A DNA stretch of 59,664 bases from the NCBI GenBank assembly GCA_016284515.1, contig JAEEOY010000088.1, forward strand, positions 1-59,664, read 5' to 3'. Below, one piece after another: positions 54,947 through 59,664 of this stretch. A program made the translations under genes and the position numbers. The notes below the pieces were generated by a model that ran no database searches, had not been told where the DNA came from, and saw nothing but the letters and a program-made list of their open reading frames with translations. This DNA is from Kiritimatiellia bacterium. Its GTDB lineage: Bacteria > Verrucomicrobiota > Kiritimatiellia > RFP12 > UBA1067. Each line of letters begins with the position of its first letter. Position 1 is the first letter of the stretch.

Positions 54947-57900
54947 ATGAAAATCAAAGCGATTCTCGCATCCTTCGTTTTAGCCGCGTCCGCCTTTGCC
55001 GCGCTCGCTGGCGATTCACAGTCCCCCGTCCCCGTGGGGCAGGCGGGAGGGATCCTGCTGAGCGAGCAGTACTACTCCGCCTCGCGCTGGATATGGGGCG
55101 CGGCCGAGGCGCATTCGCACGAGACATACTCGTTCCGCGGAACGTTCAACGTCCCGGGTGCGGTGAAGAAGGCGAGCTTCAAAGTGTACGTCGACGACGG
55201 GGCGTACTACTGGATGAACGGAGAGCAGTTCTCGCGCAGCGCCGTCTTTGATGGCTCCGGCGTGCAGCAGGGGCGCAACGTCCTCGCGATCATGGCGACA
55301 AACCACGTGAGCAAGGCGGGAATCATCCTCCGCGGCGACATTGAGCTTACGGACGGAAGCCACGTCATCGTCAACAGCAATGCCGAGACCTTCAAGGTGA
55401 CTGACGGCACTGCGTCCGGTAACTGGCAGTCGCCCGACTATGACGATTCTTCCTGGCGAGCGGCGACGGAAATCGGCGACGCATGGACGAACATCGCCGG
55501 AGAGATTACTCCCTACGTGAACAACTGCACGACGGAGGAGGAGCGCGCCGCAAAGGCCGCGGCCGAGGCGGGCGGATCCGGCGAGTCGGGCGAGTCTGGT
55601 GGATCGGGCGAGTCGGGCGAGTCGGGCGGAGATACTGCGGGCACTCCCAACGCGAAGATCGTCTATGTGAACGGCATGCCGAAGATCTCGCTAGACGGAA
55701 CGCTTGTCGACCCGGTGTTCAACCAGAGCGGCGTCGACAGCTCGTACTGCGAGACCGCCGTCGCAAAGATGGCCGCGCTCGGAATCACGATCAACCAGAT
55801 CAACCTGCGTCCTTCTGAATACGAGAAGTCCGCCGGGAGCTATTCGTTCACCGCTGCCGACTCGAAGATACGCAAGCTGCTCAATTCCGCGCCGGACGCG
55901 CGCATCCTGCTGCTGATCCGCATGGAGCTCCCCAAGTGGCTCGCGGCGCATCCGGACGAGATGATCGGCTATGCGAAGGGCGACGTGCAGACTTCCGGCG
56001 ACCTCGACGAGCGCAAGGACCGCGTCGCGCGGCCTTCACCGGCCTCGGCCGCGTACTGCGCGGAGGCGAAGCGCCTTCTGACGCAGCTTGCGGCGTACGT
56101 CAAGTCGCAGCCGTGGGGCGACCGCGTCATCGGCGTGCGTCCGTGCTGGGGCATCTACACCGAGTGGCACATGTACGGCATGGACCAGGGTCCGGACACC
56201 GGGCTTAGGATGACCGAGGCGTTCCGCAAATGGAAGAACGGCAAGTACGCTGGTCAGAATCCGCCGTCGATGTCCGACCGAATCAACGACGACGACCGGT
56301 TCTTCCTGAACCGCGCGAACAGCTCGACCGAGCAGAAGGTTATCGACTTCTACGAATGCCAGGCGACCGTGATCGCCGACCTCATGACGAACGTCGCGCA
56401 CACGATCAAGACGGAGCTTCCGGGGCGGCTTGTCGGAATGTACTACGGCTATGTCATGACGACGCATCCGCCGGAGGGCGCGAACGTGATGCTGGACCGC
56501 GTGCTTTCCTCGCCCGACGTCGACTTCCTCTCGAATCCCGCCGACTACACCAAGGACTGCAGACTGGCGGGCGGCGCGTACTACCACCGGACCATTCCGT
56601 CGACCTTCCACCGCTACGGGAAGCTCGTCATGCTCGAGGACGACATGCGCCACTACCACGTCAGGGACTACGTCCAGCTCCAGTACATCTGCACGCGCAG
56701 CGACCGCGAGTCGGAGATGACCACGCGCCGCAACTGGCTCAACACGTATTTCGACGGGTGCGGACTCCAGATGCTCGATCCCGAGCACGACATAGACAAG
56801 CGTAATTTCTCGATGGACACGCCGCCTGTCCTTCAGGCCATCTCCGACACGCAGCAGGTCCTCGCTCAAATCGGCGCGCGCCCGGAGGATTCCGGCAACG
56901 AGGTCGCCGTCGTGGTGGACTGGCGCGAGCGACTTCGCTGCTCTACGAAGGAGACGTTTACGCACACTCTTGTCTACACTCACTCCCTGCCGGGCCTCTA
57001 CTCTTCGGGCGTGCCGTTCGACATGATGACGCTGGACGACTTCCTCGCAAAGCCGGCGAACCGCTACCGCAAGGCCGTCTTCATCAACGTCTTCGCCCCG
57101 GAGGGCGACATGAAGACTGCGCTCCAGCAGCGCGTCAGCGCGTCGGACTTCAGGTCCGTCTGGCTCTTCCACTGTCCGTTCAGCCTCCCGTCCTCCCAGG
57201 CGACGGTGTGCGACATCAACAACATGCCGTATCATGTCACCAGGCCGACCGTGTGGCGTGACCTGCTCGTCGGAATGGGGGCGACTCCGCTTGCGCCGCT
57301 CGGACACTGCATCCGCCGCCACGGCGACGTCGTGATGTTCCACACCGCGTCTAACGCGACGATCAAGGTGAGCCTTCCCGCCGGCATGACGAGGGTGCGC
57401 GAGCTCTACTCCGGACAGGTCTACGAAACCTCCGAGCTTACGCTTCAGAGCGACGGACCGAACACGTGGGTCTTCAAGGCGGTCTCGTCGCAGCCGGAGG
57501 CGTGGCAGGTCGGAGAGGCCGTCTCCGCCACGCTCTCTGCGGACGGCGTCCTTGCCTTCACCGGCACGGGATCGACCTACGACTTCGCGTCCGCGTCCGA
57601 CCTTCCGTGGAATCCCGCGTCGGTCACGGGCGTCTCGATCGGCAGCGGCGTCGCAGTCGGCGCGAATGCGTTCGAGGGGATTCCCGACGCGGTGCCGGTG
57701 AGCATTTCGCTTGGCGACTTCAGAAGCGGCCTCGGCGCGGCGTCAGTTCCCGAGAACATGCTTCTTGTCGCGAAAACCGAACTTCAGGCTCCGGGAGTGG
57801 AGGCGATTGCGATAGAGAATGGAAGGGCGGTCCTCGGAATCAGCGTCTGCACGAACGCCGATCTCAGGTCCGCGACGTCGGAATGGAATCCGGTCGCGGT

Positions 57901-58003
57901 GAAGAAGTCCGACCTTGACGTCAGCGCGGACGGCAGCAAGATCCTCGTTCCGGTGCCGGTAAGCGCCGACAGGGGCTTTATGGTCCTTCGCGCGGGGAAG
58001 TGA
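54947..58003 (+). CDS. Putative secreted glycoside hydrolase, paralog of the upstream gene, with a BspA-like fragment and C-terminal extension
   Basis: Signal peptide; NWQSPDYDDSSW, IYTEW, DFLSNP, LEDDMR, RRNWLN; C-terminal LSADGVLAFTGTG...VSIGSGV and ...GFMVLRAGK. Confidence 0.6.
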   Translation: MKIKAILASFVLAASAFAALAGDSQSPVPVGQAGGILLSEQYYSASRWIWGAAEAHSHETYSFRGTFNVPGAVKKASFKVYVDDGAYYWMNGEQFSRSAVFDGSGVQQGRNVLAIMATNHVSKAGIILRGDIELTDGSHVIVNSNAETFKVTDGTASGNWQSPDYDDSSWRAATEIGDAWTNIAGEITPYVNNCTTEEERAAKAAAEAGGSGESGESGGSGESGESGGDTAGTPNAKIVYVNGMPKISLDGTLVDPVFNQSGVDSSYCETAVAKMAALGITINQINLRPSEYEKSAGSYSFTAADSKIRKLLNSAPDARILLLIRMELPKWLAAHPDEMIGYAKGDVQTSGDLDERKDRVARPSPASAAYCAEAKRLLTQLAAYVKSQPWGDRVIGVRPCWGIYTEWHMYGMDQGPDTGLRMTEAFRKWKNGKYAGQNPPSMSDRINDDDRFFLNRANSSTEQKVIDFYECQATVIADLMTNVAHTIKTELPGRLVGMYYGYVMTTHPPEGANVMLDRVLSSPDVDFLSNPADYTKDCRLAGGAYYHRTIPSTFHRYGKLVMLEDDMRHYHVRDYVQLQYICTRSDRESEMTTRRNWLNTYFDGCGLQMLDPEHDIDKRNFSMDTPPVLQAISDTQQVLAQIGARPEDSGNEVAVVVDWRERLRCSTKETFTHTLVYTHSLPGLYSSGVPFDMMTLDDFLAKPANRYRKAVFINVFAPEGDMKTALQQRVSASDFRSVWLFHCPFSLPSSQATVCDINNMPYHVTRPTVWRDLLVGMGATPLAPLGHCIRRHGDVVMFHTASNATIKVSLPAGMTRVRELYSGQVYETSELTLQSDGPNTWVFKAVSSQPEAWQVGEAVSATLSADGVLAFTGTGSTYDFASASDLPWNPASVTGVSIGSGVAVGANAFEGIPDAVPVSISLGDFRSGLGAASVPENMLLVAKTELQAPGVEAIAIENGRAVLGISVCTNADLRSATSEWNPVAVKKSDLDVSADGSKILVPVPVSADRGFMVLRAGK
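55571..55630 (+). repeat. Gly/Ser/Glu linker repeat (GGSGESGES)
   Basis: Read directly in the CDS. Confidence 0.85.
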
Positions 58004-58042
58004 GCGCCGCGGGGCGTGAATCAAGAACAGGATTGAATCTGG

Positions 58043-59206
58043 ATGATGCGTCTTCTCATCTGTCTCCTTGCTGCAGCGTCGGCGTCGTCGGTCTATGCCA
58101 AGTCCCGCGTCGTGAACGAGATACTCGTCACGGAGTCGGGCGACCTTGGGACGCTGGCGCTGCACCAGCCGAGTTTCCGCGCATGGCTCGACGATCCCGA
58201 GCCGGCGAACTACAAGAGCTACGACTGGAGCACGTCGAAGAGCTACAGCAATCCAATCGCGATCAGGATAACGGACGGAGTGGACTCGCAGCTGTTCGCA
58301 AATCTATACCCCGGCTCCAACTACACATGGAAGGTCGGCGGCTTTACCGGGACGTTCACGACCGAAGGCCAGGCTCCGCGGACAGTTTCGGCCTATTTCG
58401 GCGAAGAGGAGATGGTGTGGAACTTCCGCGATCTTGGGGGGTGGCGCCTGATTGGCAGCAGCCGTCGCGCGAAGTACGGCGTGTTCTACCGGAGTTCGTA
58501 CTGGGTTGGATACGACACCGAGGCAAAGCGGGCGGAATGTCCGATGAACAGCGAGTTCGGCATCCGCTGCCACATCGATCTCCGCGCCGACAGCGGCTAT
58601 TCGGACGCCACCGTTCCGGAGTATTCTCCTGCGATGCCGGCCGGGGACACGTCCGTTCGTTTCTTCAACTACGGGGTGGACCAGCATTTCCAGAAGCCCG
58701 GAAGCGGTTATGCGGGAAATTACGGAAAGATATTCCAGACCTTGGGGCAGCGACAGTTCCGTCCGGCGGTCTTCCACTGCGCAGGCGGACTCGACCGCAC
58801 GGAAACGGTCGCGTTCTTCATAGAGGCGCTGTGCGGCGTGGAGTGGGTCGACATCCTGCGGGACGACATCATCGGCGCGTTCCGGCAGGGGCGTCCCAGC
58901 AATGTCCCGCCGTCGGAGTTGAGGAATGCGCTTTTTTCGGACGCCAGGTACGAGAAGTACGGCAATTCACTGGCCGGGCACACCAGGGCCTATTTGGAGG
59001 AGCTGGGCGTCACGTACGACCAGATTGCCGAAATCACGATGGCGTACGTCGGCGAGATGCCCGAGACGGTGCTGGCCCGTGTCGATTACTTCGAGGAGCA
59101 CGGCGAGAGGCTTCCTCCGGCGATGGACCACGGCGACGATAATACGCCGAGCCCGATTAAGGTCCGGAACGGCATCAGGCTGCTGCTGTCGGCCATCGCG
59201 CTCTAG
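58043..59206 (+). CDS. Secreted tyrosine/dual-specificity phosphatase family protein (Y_phosphatase3-like)
   Basis: Signal peptide; NFRDLGGW, FYRS, IDLR, P-loop FHCAGGLDRT (CX5R). Confidence 0.88.
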   Translation: MMRLLICLLAAASASSVYAKSRVVNEILVTESGDLGTLALHQPSFRAWLDDPEPANYKSYDWSTSKSYSNPIAIRITDGVDSQLFANLYPGSNYTWKVGGFTGTFTTEGQAPRTVSAYFGEEEMVWNFRDLGGWRLIGSSRRAKYGVFYRSSYWVGYDTEAKRAECPMNSEFGIRCHIDLRADSGYSDATVPEYSPAMPAGDTSVRFFNYGVDQHFQKPGSGYAGNYGKIFQTLGQRQFRPAVFHCAGGLDRTETVAFFIEALCGVEWVDILRDDIIGAFRQGRPSNVPPSELRNALFSDARYEKYGNSLAGHTRAYLEELGVTYDQIAEITMAYVGEMPETVLARVDYFEEHGERLPPAMDHGDDNTPSPIKVRNGIRLLLSAIAL

Positions 59207-59251
59207 CCTCCCGCCGCGTCGCCAGGGGGTTGCGTCGGGCCTGTGCTCTAC

Positions 59252-59350
59252 AGGGGGTTCCGTCGCTCCGCGACGCAACAATGAAGGGCGTGGAGCAGAT
59301 GACTAGAAAACCACTTTCCATTCGCCACCCTCGCATGCTCCCGATTATTT
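59252..59350 (+). repeat. 99-bp direct repeat copy 1 (starts with a GTTGCGTCG/CGACGCAAC-type hairpin)
   Basis: Matches 59558-59656 with one mismatch. Confidence 0.95.
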
Positions 59351-59403
59351 AATTTCGTGCGAGAGTTGTGAATGTCCGTCGCTCGGCCGTCATGGTAGAG
59401 GTC

Positions 59404-59525
59404 TAGCCGGGTAGAACATGTAGAGCATGTAGAAGGGGGTGGAGAGGCCGTTTGACTGGGGGAAGCGGCGTCTCGCCGCTTCAAGATATCTCACACAGAG
59501 GCGCGGAGAGGCCGAGAGCGCAGAG
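59404..59525. repeat. Cluster of repeat arms: family B arm, 29-bp REP, CACAGAG/GCAGAG arm
   Basis: tagccgggtagaacatgtagagcatgtagaa; gactgggggaagcggcgtctcgccgcttc; cacagaggcgcggagaggccgagagcgcagagg. Confidence 0.88.
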
Positions 59526-59557
59526 GGGCTTAGATGTGCAGAGCGGGTTGGAGTTTT

Positions 59558-59656
59558 AGGGGGTTGCGTCGCTCCGCGACGCAACAATGAAGGGCGTGGA
59601 GCAGATGACTAGAAAACCACTTTCCATTCGCCACCCTCGCATGCTCCCGATTATTT
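59558..59656 (+). repeat. 99-bp direct repeat copy 2
   Basis: agggggttgcgtcgctccgcgacgcaac...gattattt. Confidence 0.95.
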
Positions 59657-59664
59657 GATTTCTT

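Noticed and set aside
55571-55630. GES repeat as a mobile-element insertion
   Set aside because: An ordinary flexible inter-domain linker with synonymous divergence and no palindromic structure.
59252-59656. Possible CRISPR array at the window end
   Set aside because: Repeats (99 bp) and spacer (207 bp) are far outside CRISPR size ranges and only two full copies are visible.

Overview
High-GC bacterial chromosomal segment; gene content and style suggest the PVC superphylum, probably Kiritimatiellia (inference). All ~45 credible genes lie on the + strand. Housekeeping genes: ispE, tRNA-Gln, rpsP, rplS, pheT, a compact 6S-RNA-like element, murA, galE, pyrK, addA, umuC-like, galK, ppiD-like, dut, def, rfbA. 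Carbohydrate genes: beta-helix protein, fucI, GH2, GH13-GH133 debranching enzyme, FucP-type permease and two tandem putative GHs. No transposase, integrase, cas gene or phage gene was recognised. The most striking feature is an accessory region at ~13.3-23.2 kb. There, AT-richer genes, including two GxxExxY (PD-(D/E)XK-like) nuclease genes, are separated by several families of inverted 9-mer-periodic repeat arms. The arms occur as gene-filled, empty and nested hairpin elements. They end in an in-frame TAA, are often entered by short RBS-led ORFs, and have been inserted in frame into a host gene or recoded its C-terminus. Related 7/8/9-mer arms and REP-like palindromes recur at gene ends and inside coding sequences across the window.
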